Notes under the pieces: model-generated
What the model saw: only the letters and a program-made list of their open reading frames with translations
Told to the model about the DNA's origin: nothing
The model's database searches: none
Part shown: piece by piece, positions 11,852-21,739 of the stretch
How the letters are laid out: each line of letters begins with the position of its first letter
Position numbering within the stretch: position 1 is the stretch's first letter
Program-made: the position numbers and the translations under genes
Assembly: GCA_964552475.1 (NCBI GenBank)
Contig: CAZKFZ010000003.1
Span: forward strand, 24,078-88,077
Reading direction: 5' to 3'
DNA from: an uncultured Candidatus Saccharibacteria bacterium
GTDB taxonomy: Bacteria > Patescibacteriota > Saccharimonadia > CAILAD01 > BJGX01
DNA length: 64,000 bases

Positions 11852-11989
11852 CTACCCCGCTACTCGGGCACGGCCTTTTAGGCGGCGGCGTTTTAATATG
11901 TTTCGGCCAGCCTTAGTAGACATTCTAGAAATAAAGCCATGTACTCGGGCACGGCGACGCTTTTTGGGCTGGTAAGTTTGTTTACTCAT
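11852..11989 (-). CDS. rpmH: 50S ribosomal protein L34
   Basis: Manual minus-strand translation gives [45 protein letters not shown] (45 aa); absent from the ORF track because it is under 60 aa; canonical position next to rnpA and dnaA. Confidence 0.85.
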   Translation of the reverse strand: MSKQTYQPKKRRRARVHGFISRMSTKAGRNILKRRRLKGRARVAG

Positions 11990-12144
11990 AACTCAATATA
12001 TTACAGCTAATATAAGCTTAAGTCAAGATATCCACCTTATTTATCCACAACCAAACCAGATTGGTAATGTTTTTGGTCTGTGTTCGGTTGTGGAAAACTT
12101 TTTTAGGCAGTAGTATAGTAAGTAATCTAAAGGGTGAGAAATAA
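11990..12144. promoter_or_regulatory. rpmH-dnaA intergenic region with DnaA boxes (dnaA promoter / oriC-associated)
   Basis: Consensus DnaA box TTATCCACA at 12041-12049; reverse-orientation box TGTGGAAAA at 12089-12097; near-box ATATCCACC at 12028-12036. Confidence 0.55.
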
Positions 12145-13536
12145 GTGGATAATAAAAATGTAGAGTTGTGGCAAACAGCTCTAGGTCAGTTAGAATTAAG
12201 TGTTTCTCCAGCTAATTATAATACCTGGATAAAAACACTCGAACTTGGCGGTGTAAAACCTCCTATAGCTACTATTTTCGCACCTAATTTTATGGCTAAA
12301 AACTATGTCGAAAACAAGTTTTACACCAACATATTAGAAGTAATTTCGCAGATTAACCCACAAATTACTCAGTTAAAATTCTCGGTTAGTCAAAATAGTA
12401 ATAACAAAAAAGATAAATACGCCAACAGTATTTTTACTATAAAACCAGAAGATACTAAGAGTATAAAAAACAACAAAAACACCCAAGCTAGTACACCAGT
12501 AAGTTCTATTAAGCCCGCTCAGACTGGAATACAAGCTGGGTACACATTTGAAACTTTTATAGTTGGTTCAAGCAATCGTTTAGCATTCTCAGCTGCCCAA
12601 TTGGTAGTAGAAAAACCTGGAATTGCCTACAACCCACTATTTTTATATGGCCCAGCAGGAGTGGGTAAAACTCATTTAATGTGGGCTATTAGAAACGAAA
12701 TAGCTAAACTTCAACCAAGTATTACCGCACAATACATTACTAGTGAAACATTTACTAATGAATATGTAAACGCTATTCGTCGTGGTGAAGAATTTAGTAA
12801 TAAATACCGAGAAGTAGATTTGTTATTTGTAGATGATATGCAGTTTATTGCTGGAAAAGAAAAAACTCAAGAAGAGTTTTTCCACACTTTTAATGCTTTA
12901 CATCAAAATTCCAAACAAATTGTACTGTGTTCTGATAGACCACCAAAAGAAATACCAACCCTAGAAGAACGATTACGTTCCCGTTTTGAGTGGGGTATGG
13001 TGGCCGATATAAACCCACCAGATTTAGAAACAAGAATAGCAATAGTTTTAAACAAAGCAGCTAGACAAGATATAAAATTAGATGATCAAGTAGCTGAGTA
13101 TATTGCTCAATCTGTAGAAAAAAACATCCGTGAATTAGAAGGCGCACTTACTAAAATAATAGTTCATTGCAAGGCTAATAATACCGATATAACTATTGAG
13201 GTAGCAAAAGAGGTATTTGGTGAAATATCAGGTAAAAAACCACAACTTAGTGCAGATAGCGTAGTAGATAAAACGGCCCGTTTTTACAATCTCAACTCGG
13301 CTGATATTTTAGGTGTTAAGCGCGACAAAGAAATAGTTTTACCTCGCCAAGTAGTGATGTATTTACTAAGAAGTAAATTAAATTTAAGTTATCCAAGAAT
13401 TGCCACACAACTAGGTGGTAAAGATCATACCACTATTATGCACGGTACTAAAAAAATAGAAAAATTATTAAATAGTGATATTGAGTTTAAAAAAGAAATA
13501 GAAGAACTTAATGAATTTATAGATTCAACTAGGTAA
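12145..13536 (+). CDS. dnaA: chromosomal replication initiator DnaA
   Basis: AAA+ Walker A 'GPAGVGKTHL', Walker B 'LLFVDDMQF'; C-terminal 'VVMYLLR...TTIMHG' DNA-binding domain. Confidence 0.92.
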   Translation: MDNKNVELWQTALGQLELSVSPANYNTWIKTLELGGVKPPIATIFAPNFMAKNYVENKFYTNILEVISQINPQITQLKFSVSQNSNNKKDKYANSIFTIKPEDTKSIKNNKNTQASTPVSSIKPAQTGIQAGYTFETFIVGSSNRLAFSAAQLVVEKPGIAYNPLFLYGPAGVGKTHLMWAIRNEIAKLQPSITAQYITSETFTNEYVNAIRRGEEFSNKYREVDLLFVDDMQFIAGKEKTQEEFFHTFNALHQNSKQIVLCSDRPPKEIPTLEERLRSRFEWGMVADINPPDLETRIAIVLNKAARQDIKLDDQVAEYIAQSVEKNIRELEGALTKIIVHCKANNTDITIEVAKEVFGEISGKKPQLSADSVVDKTARFYNLNSADILGVKRDKEIVLPRQVVMYLLRSKLNLSYPRIATQLGGKDHTTIMHGTKKIEKLLNSDIEFKKEIEELNEFIDSTR

Positions 13537-13823
13537 TAATTAAGTATGTGGAAAACTATGTGTATAACTTGTGAAAACTATGTGTATAGAGTGTATAAAT
13601 ATACACAATATCTACACAATTTATTATTAAGGCTACTTCATGGTGGTGGAGAAGTGTTATTTATACAGAGTTTATACCTACGCTACTCACACCTTTGTGC
13701 ACACACTAAACGCTCGATATTTCGCTTGTTTAGAGGGAAAAATATTGGTTATCCTACCTATCCACATAGCCTAATACTATTACTACTAAATAATACGAAT
13801 AAATATGATAAGATAGAAAACAT
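13537..13823. promoter_or_regulatory. dnaA-dnaN intergenic DnaA-box cluster and AT-rich unwinding element (candidate oriC)
   Basis: TGTGGAAAA at 13547-13555; repeated 'GAAAACTATGTGTATA'; TATCCACAT at 13759-13767; strongly AT-rich stretch 13770-13823 immediately before dnaN. Confidence 0.55.
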
Positions 13824-14924
13824 ATGAAACTCTCTGTATTACAAAACAATTTAAACAAAGCACTTAGTGTAACTAGTAGAATTATTCAAAACAATAATAG
13901 TCTTCCTGTACTTAGTAATATACTATTACAAACTAGTGATGGTCGTTTAGAACTTCAAGCTACCAATTTAGAATTAGCAATTTCTTATAAAATAGGTGCC
14001 AAAATAGAAAAATCAGGTAGCCTTAGTGTACCTGCTAGGTTACTAAGTGACCTCATACATAGCCTACCGAATGATAAAATTCAATTAGTTAAAGAAAAAG
14101 ACAATTTAAACATACATACTAGTCAGTTAAACTCTATAATAAATGGAATTTCTGCAACAGAGTTTCCAAAAATACCCAAGGTAAAAACTTTACAACAGTT
14201 TAATGTAGCTACAGAAGACTTTATAAAAGGTTTAGAATATGTACTAACTTCAGTTAGTTTAGATGAGTCCAGACCAGTTCTTACAGGGGTGTATTGTAGA
14301 TTTAAAAATTCGGTCCTTACTTTTGCAGCAACCGATAGTTATAGATTAGCTCAATTTAGTATTACTGGTCTTAAAATTAATGATCTTGAAATTATCATTC
14401 CATATAAAACTATTCAAGAACTTATACGTATTATTAAAGCCGAAGAAGTTAAAGATTTAGAAGTTGGTATTACAAAGACCGAAATAGTGTTTTCTACTAA
14501 AAATTTCACTCTTACATCTCAACTTATAGATGGAAGTTATCCAGATTACTCCAAAATAATACCTAAAAGTTCCGCAACATCTTTAGTAGTAGATAAAGAC
14601 GAACTACTAAGTAGTTTAAAAATCGCAAGTCTATTCTCGCGTGAGAACGCTAACACCATCACTTTATCTGTATCTAAAAATAATCTTACTATTCAATCCC
14701 AAGGTTCTCAGGTAGGTACTAACGAATCCACTATACTAGTGAAATCTAGTGGATCAGATCAAGAGATAAATTTAAACGCTCGATATTTAATAGATACTAT
14801 CTCGGTTATTACTGAAAAAACTATTAATATTTCATTAAACGATAAATTAGATCCATGTATAGTTTCTGGTGGTAATAAAAAATCTCCCAACAATTTCCAT
14901 ATTATTATGCCCTTAAGGAGTTAA
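13824..14924 (+). CDS. dnaN: DNA polymerase III beta sliding clamp
   Basis: 366 aa; conserved position after dnaA; beta-clamp-like three-domain layout. Confidence 0.9.
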   Translation: MKLSVLQNNLNKALSVTSRIIQNNNSLPVLSNILLQTSDGRLELQATNLELAISYKIGAKIEKSGSLSVPARLLSDLIHSLPNDKIQLVKEKDNLNIHTSQLNSIINGISATEFPKIPKVKTLQQFNVATEDFIKGLEYVLTSVSLDESRPVLTGVYCRFKNSVLTFAATDSYRLAQFSITGLKINDLEIIIPYKTIQELIRIIKAEEVKDLEVGITKTEIVFSTKNFTLTSQLIDGSYPDYSKIIPKSSATSLVVDKDELLSSLKIASLFSRENANTITLSVSKNNLTIQSQGSQVGTNESTILVKSSGSDQEINLNARYLIDTISVITEKTINISLNDKLDPCIVSGGNKKSPNNFHIIMPLRS

Positions 14925-14938
14925 GGGGTAGTAATAAG

Positions 14939-15991
14939 ATGATTACTCATCTTAGTTTGAGGCAGTTTAGAAATCACTCTAAACTAGATTTAGATATAAA
15001 CTCTAACTTAATTACAATTACTGGCCCCAACGCATCTGGTAAAACTAACATACTAGAATCCATATATATTAGTTCACTAACAAAGTCCTTTAAGGTGAGT
15101 GATAATAAACTTATACAGCATAATAAAGATTTTTTTACCATCGACCGAATAGATGATGATACTACTATTCATCTAAGATTCATTCAAACCCCACAGAGCC
15201 GTTCTAAATCTTTAAAAATAAAAAACTCACCAAAACCACTATATAGCTTAGTGGGCCGTAACCCAGTTACTCTTTTTGAGCCAAATGATATGTATTTATT
15301 TATAGGTCTACCAAGTGTGCGAAGAAACTACTTAGATAAAATACTCTCACAAGTAGATAAACTATATCTACAAAATTTGCGCAACTATAAAAAAATACTA
15401 CATCACCGTAATAGCTTACTTAAAAGAGCTAAGAAAGAGACTATATCTAATCTATATGATCAACTATTTGTTTTAAATATACAAATAATAGAACCAGGTT
15501 ATTATTTGTCAAAAAAAAGAGCCGAGTTTATAAAAAACATACAAGGTAGTATTAATAACTATTACCATTCTATTAGTGGTGAAAATAAAAAAGTAGTTAC
15601 CAAATTCATAGCCAGTGCCAAATCACCTCAAGAATTACTTAGTAATATAGAATTGGCTCTAAATATAGATATTGCTAGTGGATTTTCTACGGTAGGTCCA
15701 CATAAAGAAGATTTTAATATTGTTATGGATAGTTATAATCTAGCCGATTCAGCATCACGAGGAGAGCTTAGGAGTTTAGTATTAGCATGTAAGCTATCAG
15801 AGTTAGATTATATAGAAAAATCAATTTCTAAGCGTCCTACTCTTCTATTAGACGATGTTCTAAGTGAGTTAGACAACAAGCGCCAAAAATTTTTACTTAA
15901 TAATTTAGATAAGCAACAGACTTTTATTACTACTACACACCTACCTAGTCATTTAGGCCTAGATTTTCAACATATAGAGTTACCATTATGA
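14939..15991 (+). CDS. recF: DNA replication/repair protein RecF
   Basis: Walker A 'ITGPNASGKTNILESI'; SMC-like signature region 'LLLDDVLSELD'. Confidence 0.85.
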   Translation: MITHLSLRQFRNHSKLDLDINSNLITITGPNASGKTNILESIYISSLTKSFKVSDNKLIQHNKDFFTIDRIDDDTTIHLRFIQTPQSRSKSLKIKNSPKPLYSLVGRNPVTLFEPNDMYLFIGLPSVRRNYLDKILSQVDKLYLQNLRNYKKILHHRNSLLKRAKKETISNLYDQLFVLNIQIIEPGYYLSKKRAEFIKNIQGSINNYYHSISGENKKVVTKFIASAKSPQELLSNIELALNIDIASGFSTVGPHKEDFNIVMDSYNLADSASRGELRSLVLACKLSELDYIEKSISKRPTLLLDDVLSELDNKRQKFLLNNLDKQQTFITTTHLPSHLGLDFQHIELPL

Positions 15992-16266
15992 GTTTAGAAC
16001 CAATTAAAAAATCAATACCTAACACAAGGTATATAAAAGAAGAAAATGTTCTTAAACAAATTAAACAAATTGTTTTAGATGTTACAGGTGTAGAGGTGGG
16101 TGTTCGGTCGCCACATAATCATAAAATTGTATTAATAGTAAATAACTCTTCGGCTGCTAGTGAAATAAACCTTAAACAACAAGAATTATTAAATAAGGTT
16201 AATGATTATTTTTTAAAAACAAAAAATATAGTAATAATAGATAAAATAACTATTCAGCAAATATAG
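15988..16266 (+). CDS. small protein downstream of recF (DUF721-like, by position)
   Basis: 92 aa, start overlaps the recF stop; the call rests on position only. Confidence 0.35.
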   Translation: MSLEPIKKSIPNTRYIKEENVLKQIKQIVLDVTGVEVGVRSPHNHKIVLIVNNSSAASEINLKQQELLNKVNDYFLKTKNIVIIDKITIQQI

Positions 16267-16269
16267 AGA

Positions 16270-17073
16270 TTATTTATCTAGAGGTATACCATCGCCACCG
16301 TAGTCATCTAGGTATATTTTAGAATTACTAGGTATTTTATTACTATCTATATATTTAGCCAAAGTAGGGTTATCGGCAGTCAACACATAAGTATTTCTAT
16401 CTATACCAGTACTATTTAGAAAGTCAGTTACAGTCTTTGCTGTGGCTTTTATTTCACTATCAGGATAAGGAGGTGTTAAGCCCATGTAAAACAGATTTTT
16501 TACCACAACTATAGTATTACTTTTACCATTACTATCAACTATTTTGCCACTTTTTATAACATAATTATCTGTGCTATAAGGTAAGAAGTTTAATATTGTT
16601 TTATTAGTTGGAGTCGGGTCAGTATCTTCAAGTTGTTGTTTTTTCTGATCTTCAGTTAAATTAGAGTATGGTATATATTTTGTTTTAAATTGTATCTTAA
16701 TATCTTTCAACTGCTCACCTTTTACTGATGATATTTTATTGATTGTAATTATATAAACATAATTATTTTTTAATGCATTAAAATTAATAACTAAGTCTTT
16801 ATTGTTAATATTAATGCTTCTAACTAAATCTTTTTCAGCATTTATATCACTTAGAGTTACGCTTTTTAAATCTATTTCCTTATTGAAAGTTAATATCATT
16901 TTATTAGCAGATGTTGGAACTAAGTTATTAGTATTAGGGTTAGTACTTTCTAATTTGAATACACTATTAGACTTATTATTTGAGTACAATAAAGCAATAG
17001 CAAAAACTATAAAGGTAATTATTATTATAATAATAATTACAGTGAAATATTTATTTTTTAGTAAATTATTCAT
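16270..17073 (-). CDS. bitopic membrane protein, possible VirB8/PrgL-like T4SS component
   Basis: Short N-terminal tail, single TM ('FTVIIIIIIITFIVFAIALLY') and roughly 230-aa extracytoplasmic domain; lies after the hydrolase gene as prgL does. Inference from topology and synteny only. Confidence 0.35.
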   Translation of the reverse strand: MNNLLKNKYFTVIIIIIIITFIVFAIALLYSNNKSNSVFKLESTNPNTNNLVPTSANKMILTFNKEIDLKSVTLSDINAEKDLVRSININNKDLVINFNALKNNYVYIITINKISSVKGEQLKDIKIQFKTKYIPYSNLTEDQKKQQLEDTDPTPTNKTILNFLPYSTDNYVIKSGKIVDSNGKSNTIVVVKNLFYMGLTPPYPDSEIKATAKTVTDFLNSTGIDRNTYVLTADNPTLAKYIDSNKIPSNSKIYLDDYGGDGIPLDK

Positions 17074-18218
17074 TACTCAACCCTCATAAATCCAGTTAGA
17101 TATCTAGCATTAACACTATGGGTGGATTGTTTTACCTGATCACTTTCGTTACCACCTATAGTAGTGAAGTTACCAGCTCCGTCATATTCGGTTACAATAT
17201 TTACATGACTAGGATAAGGCATTAAACCTTCTTTATAAATAGCCACGTCACCTGGCTGAGGTTCAAAACCCGCCTCACCTTTCGGGTGGTAGAAGTTGTT
17301 TGTTCTAGCATAATCCAGTATTGCTTGGGCCGAGGCTATCGTTCCATTACCACCACCTACGGTTAATGGTTTTCCAGCTTCTCTAAATATATAACTAACA
17401 AAGTATGCACACCAAGGTGGGTTACCACCACCAGTATATTTAGAAATATCTTGTTCACCACTATTCCAAGACTCTAACTCATCTCGAGCAACACTTACAA
17501 CTGAACTATTTTTATTAATAACAGGACTGTCACATTTGCCCTCACCTATATCAGTGTCTGTAGAAGTAGATGGGTTATTTGGACTACCATTATTAGTTAT
17601 TCCTGCGGCTTGTAAATATCTATCAAATTCAGGTGCTTCATTATATCTAAGTACAATATCTTGACCAGCCCCAGCCGCAATATCGTCTATTACACTTTGA
17701 GCATATTGCCTTGGAGTAATTACGTTATTACCAACTATAGTGTCTAATAATGACGGGTCATCAATGGCAGCAGGATAAAAATGGCTAAGTGCAAGTTTAA
17801 AGATATCGTTACCTAAATCTCTAAATTTTTTCTCATACTCTATTTTTGCTACTGCATCTTGTATAGGCCCAGGTGCATCTTTGGCTCTAGCGTAAGGTAT
17901 GGCTGGTGGGTATGCTTGTTTCACACTATTCCAGGTACTATCTATATACTGATATCTTCCGGATGCCGAAGAGCCACCAGCATCAGCAATATAATCTCCA
18001 CTACCAGAACTTTCATTAAAAGCAATTACTTGTAAAAACCTATCTACATCACCACCTGTTGCGGTTGACGAAGATTCACCTACGCAGTCGGTAGGGTCGT
18101 AAAACGGTCTTTTTTCTATCTCTTTTCTTTGTTGGTTGGTAAGTGCAGAAGATTTAAAAGGTACTAGTAAGAAAACTAGTACTAGTATTATTGAAATTTT
18201 TCTAAACATACTTATCAT
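17073..18218 (-). CDS. secreted bifunctional peptidoglycan hydrolase (lysozyme-like + CHAP), PrgK/VirB1-like
   Basis: Start placed at the internal Met of signal peptide 'MISMFRKISIILVLVFLLVPFKSSA'. Central 'SGRYQYIDSTWNSV' resembles the transglycosylase-like 'G-x-YQF...TW' motif. C-terminal CHAP features: 'PPWCAYFVSYIF' Cys and 'PSHVNIV' His. Confidence 0.6.
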   Translation of the reverse strand: MISMFRKISIILVLVFLLVPFKSSALTNQQRKEIEKRPFYDPTDCVGESSSTATGGDVDRFLQVIAFNESSGSGDYIADAGGSSASGRYQYIDSTWNSVKQAYPPAIPYARAKDAPGPIQDAVAKIEYEKKFRDLGNDIFKLALSHFYPAAIDDPSLLDTIVGNNVITPRQYAQSVIDDIAAGAGQDIVLRYNEAPEFDRYLQAAGITNNGSPNNPSTSTDTDIGEGKCDSPVINKNSSVVSVARDELESWNSGEQDISKYTGGGNPPWCAYFVSYIFREAGKPLTVGGGNGTIASAQAILDYARTNNFYHPKGEAGFEPQPGDVAIYKEGLMPYPSHVNIVTEYDGAGNFTTIGGNESDQVKQSTHSVNARYLTGFMRVE

Positions 18219-18220
18219 TG

Positions 18221-21200
18221 TTAATTTCCTGTTACTGACCAGTGCCAGGCCTCTGAAGGTAGGTTTTTTAATCCATATTCTTGGGCATGTTGTACCATCC
18301 AATTAAAACAAGGTGAGCCTCCGAAATTAAACGCCGAACCACCATTACAATTGAAGTCTATTGCTAATCCTTTTTCATGATTCGATGACCCTGGTTCAGC
18401 GGTAGGTGGATTACAGCTACCACCGCTACAATTTTGGTTATACAAATCAACCTGTTCTTCATAAGACCTAAATCCACCTCCACCCATTATTATTCCGGCG
18501 GCCTGTGCATCTTTTAGTAGTTTATTGAGTTGACTAGCTAAAGATACATTTATATCTATTACACCCCCGGCAGGTGCGGCTACGTCACAAACCATTATTT
18601 TATTTGCAGAAACACCGCCAGGACCATAGGTTTGAGCAACACCATTTACTAAGTTTGGACCTGTACTAGTAGTAATGCCGGGTTCATTTGGGCAAGGCGT
18701 TCCACTAGTGTCTGCATCAGCATTTGGTTCACCACCTATCGGTCCTGTTGGGGTTGATGTTTTAGCATAAATACTTTGGTTATCTTCATCACTACTTAGA
18801 GATACCATTTGGTCGAGTAAAGTATTGTAGTAAGTGTACATTCTATATCGTATAGGTAGTTTATTTTCTTCAATATTAAAGTCTTGTGCTTGTTCTAGTA
18901 TTATTTTACAATCATAAAACTTCATAAATTCACCATCTGCGTCATTGTCGGCTCGATCAACCCTATTTACAGGTGTGACATTACCATTTGCATCTTTAAA
19001 AACTCCTCTATGCCATTCCGGGAAGAATACAAACCACTGAACAGCATTAGCATTAGGATACTTTGCCCTAATGCTAGCTTTTAGTGCCTCGTCATTTAGC
19101 TCATTAAATTTCTTTGATTTAAGTTTGAAATATTGTGAGGTTGGTATCTTTTTCTTAAAACACTCATCATAATGTGTGAGTTTTACTCTATCGTTCTCTG
19201 TGCCTGTGGCGCCACTCTTAATATCTTCAATAACCTTTGCATTATCTAACATATCAAAACTATTAAAATCCTGAGGAGGTATACCGGCGGTATCAATTTT
19301 TAGATATTGGTCACCATTAATACTTGCAGCAAAGGCTTTGTTGTGTTGACCAAATCCGTAGTACAGAGCCGAGCTATGTATGTTTGCCAAAGATCTTAAC
19401 GGGTTTAGAACTTCTTTAAATAATGAACTTGCAGTCTTCATTGCAGTTTTTGGTGTAATGGTATTTTGGGCAATAATACTACGTGCTGATCTGATGTTTT
19501 CACTAGCAAATAATCTATAACCTATACCGTTTTCTTTCTCTTCATTACGACGAGTGTTTTCACTATCTAGAGCTACTTGTCTTGCTTCCACTTCAGTTAA
19601 AAATCTACCACCTATCCTCAAGAAATAATCATTCATAAGTTGTCTAAAACCAGCCGCCTGCCTATTGTAGTTGTCTGGTCCCGACTCTAACCCACTTACT
19701 GCTGTGACCGACCCTGTTCGTACATAAGAAGTAATAATTTCTTTTAGACCAAAATCTTCTATACTATTAAAAACACCCTGTGAGTTATTAACAATCGCAA
19801 GCTTTAATAATTGATAACTTGGTTGAATAAGTTCATCACCAAGTAATAACAGTGTCTTATTGTTATCTGTTAAAAAAGTACAGGATAGTAATAATAAATC
19901 TACAGATGGATCATCGGTTAAATCTGTTTGTCTGGCATTATAAGCTCTAGTAGATGTAGCTTCAGGATTTTGTTCTACTCCACGCAGTTCATTATAAACA
20001 TCGAGCTGATACGAAGTACTACTAGACCAATTATCTTGTTGAGCAATAGTTGCATTATTTTCTACATTACTAAGTTGGTCGGCATTGCGAGTATCGGCCA
20101 TTGTTAATACTTTTATAGCACCACGCTCGGTACTAGCTAACCTACTTTCTATTGCTTTTCTTGCATTACTTGCAGCAGCTTCACTACGAGGTGTATTACC
20201 TAGGTCTAAAAAAGCATATGTAAATGGACATATAGTATTTGCAATACCAGCCCTTACTAAGTTTTTTTCTACAGAGCTTGTTTGTGGCGTATACGAATCT
20301 CTTTCGGGAATGTTTAAATACTTACCTACCGATATATCGTAAGGACTAGTGCCGTCAGCCATATCTTCATACATTTTATTTATACCAGCCACTAGATCTT
20401 GTTTATTTTCTTTAAAAGGTATTTTATTGTCAGGGTTAGTATTATTATATGCTGTCACAGCATCTCTATAGTTGTTTTGAAACTCGGTTATTTGACCTTG
20501 ATAAGATGAAAAGTCTATTGTTTCTTCGGTAGTTGGGGTTATTCTACCGATTGTTTTGTTAAAAACATAGCGATTCACCTCATCTCTACTACCTCTAAAT
20601 TCTTCAGTATCTTTTTTGCCAGCATAGTCTAGATGGATATTTGCTAATTGATTTATTTCTCTAGTAACAGGTTGGCGAGCCATCATATTAAATATTGGAT
20701 ATTGTTTTTGGATACAATAGCTAGCAGCTTGGTTAGAACCCAACTGATTTAAAGGTATTACTTCTCTTGTTCTTTTATTAAAAACTTCTTTTGGTACATA
20801 TCTAGTTTTACCTTCAGAATTTATTTTGAGTTGGAGTCTAAGCTCATACACGCAACCAGCATTATCTAAGGTTTGATACCGCGCTTGTCGCCAGTCTATT
20901 TGTGATAACCTATCTAACGTTGTGCCTGGTTCAATAGTTGATGGGTTAGCGGCAACTGCAGTATTTGGGCCTTTATAATCTACCTCTCCAGTATAGGAAA
21001 GGGCTCTTATACTTGCTTCTAAAGCACCTTTACTGAAAGCCTGTGCAACATCTATACCAAACTCACGAATCTTTGAATTTGTTAAGACTGCCTTAACAGC
21101 ATCCCATGGGTTTTGAATAAGATAGACGATAATAAAAATTGGCACCATAGCGATAGCTAGAATACCGAAAGCAATAGCCACAAAAGCCATTTTGTGTTTT

Positions 21201-21679
21201 GATACTTCTTCACCAACTTTTGCTCCAATCTGAGCACCAGCAGTTCCTCCAAGCGCTGCCCCTGCTGCTGCTCCAGCTCCTTTAAGTGCTGTGTTTGATA
21301 ATTGTCCTTCACGCTGAGCTTTTTTTTCTGGCGACTCCTTGTCTATTTTATCTACGGCTTTTAGGGCTTTGTCGGTACCTCCACCACCCTTCCCGCCGGA
21401 GGCGGCTTTATCAATAGCTTTATTCGCTATTTTATTAACCTTTTGACCACCAGTATCATCTTTTTGTATACCACTACCACCCATACCTTCCATACCTTTA
21501 GGTAGTCCTTCGGTTGGGCTCAGTCCAGATCCAGTAATAGCTTTTGGTCCGCCATCTTGTTTACCTTTCTCTTTTGAAAGTGGGCTTACGGGTAAATCGG
21601 ATGCACCAGCAAGGCCACTAGGCTTAGCAGCCTTGTTGTTTGTGTCATCGTCTGGTAATTTTGTTGCGGTTGCAGGCAT
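18221..21679 (-). CDS. giant (1152 aa) membrane-anchored protein with C-terminal M15 (VanY-like) peptidase domain
   Basis: Gly/Ala/Lys-rich disordered N-terminus, one TM helix ('MAFVAIAFGILAIAMVPIFIIVYLI'), about 900-aa extracytoplasmic region. C-terminal 'GGGFRSYEEQ', 'SNHEKGLAIDF' and 'EAWHWS' match the M15 Zn D,D/L,D-peptidase motifs. Confidence 0.6.
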   Translation of the reverse strand: MPATATKLPDDDTNNKAAKPSGLAGASDLPVSPLSKEKGKQDGGPKAITGSGLSPTEGLPKGMEGMGGSGIQKDDTGGQKVNKIANKAIDKAASGGKGGGGTDKALKAVDKIDKESPEKKAQREGQLSNTALKGAGAAAGAALGGTAGAQIGAKVGEEVSKHKMAFVAIAFGILAIAMVPIFIIVYLIQNPWDAVKAVLTNSKIREFGIDVAQAFSKGALEASIRALSYTGEVDYKGPNTAVAANPSTIEPGTTLDRLSQIDWRQARYQTLDNAGCVYELRLQLKINSEGKTRYVPKEVFNKRTREVIPLNQLGSNQAASYCIQKQYPIFNMMARQPVTREINQLANIHLDYAGKKDTEEFRGSRDEVNRYVFNKTIGRITPTTEETIDFSSYQGQITEFQNNYRDAVTAYNNTNPDNKIPFKENKQDLVAGINKMYEDMADGTSPYDISVGKYLNIPERDSYTPQTSSVEKNLVRAGIANTICPFTYAFLDLGNTPRSEAAASNARKAIESRLASTERGAIKVLTMADTRNADQLSNVENNATIAQQDNWSSSTSYQLDVYNELRGVEQNPEATSTRAYNARQTDLTDDPSVDLLLLSCTFLTDNNKTLLLLGDELIQPSYQLLKLAIVNNSQGVFNSIEDFGLKEIITSYVRTGSVTAVSGLESGPDNYNRQAAGFRQLMNDYFLRIGGRFLTEVEARQVALDSENTRRNEEKENGIGYRLFASENIRSARSIIAQNTITPKTAMKTASSLFKEVLNPLRSLANIHSSALYYGFGQHNKAFAASINGDQYLKIDTAGIPPQDFNSFDMLDNAKVIEDIKSGATGTENDRVKLTHYDECFKKKIPTSQYFKLKSKKFNELNDEALKASIRAKYPNANAVQWFVFFPEWHRGVFKDANGNVTPVNRVDRADNDADGEFMKFYDCKIILEQAQDFNIEENKLPIRYRMYTYYNTLLDQMVSLSSDEDNQSIYAKTSTPTGPIGGEPNADADTSGTPCPNEPGITTSTGPNLVNGVAQTYGPGGVSANKIMVCDVAAPAGGVIDINVSLASQLNKLLKDAQAAGIIMGGGGFRSYEEQVDLYNQNCSGGSCNPPTAEPGSSNHEKGLAIDFNCNGGSAFNFGGSPCFNWMVQHAQEYGLKNLPSEAWHWSVTGN

Positions 21680-21739
21680 TTATAATAAAAACTCTTATAC
21701 TTAAAAATTATAGCAGATTTATCTATACAATTACTAAAT

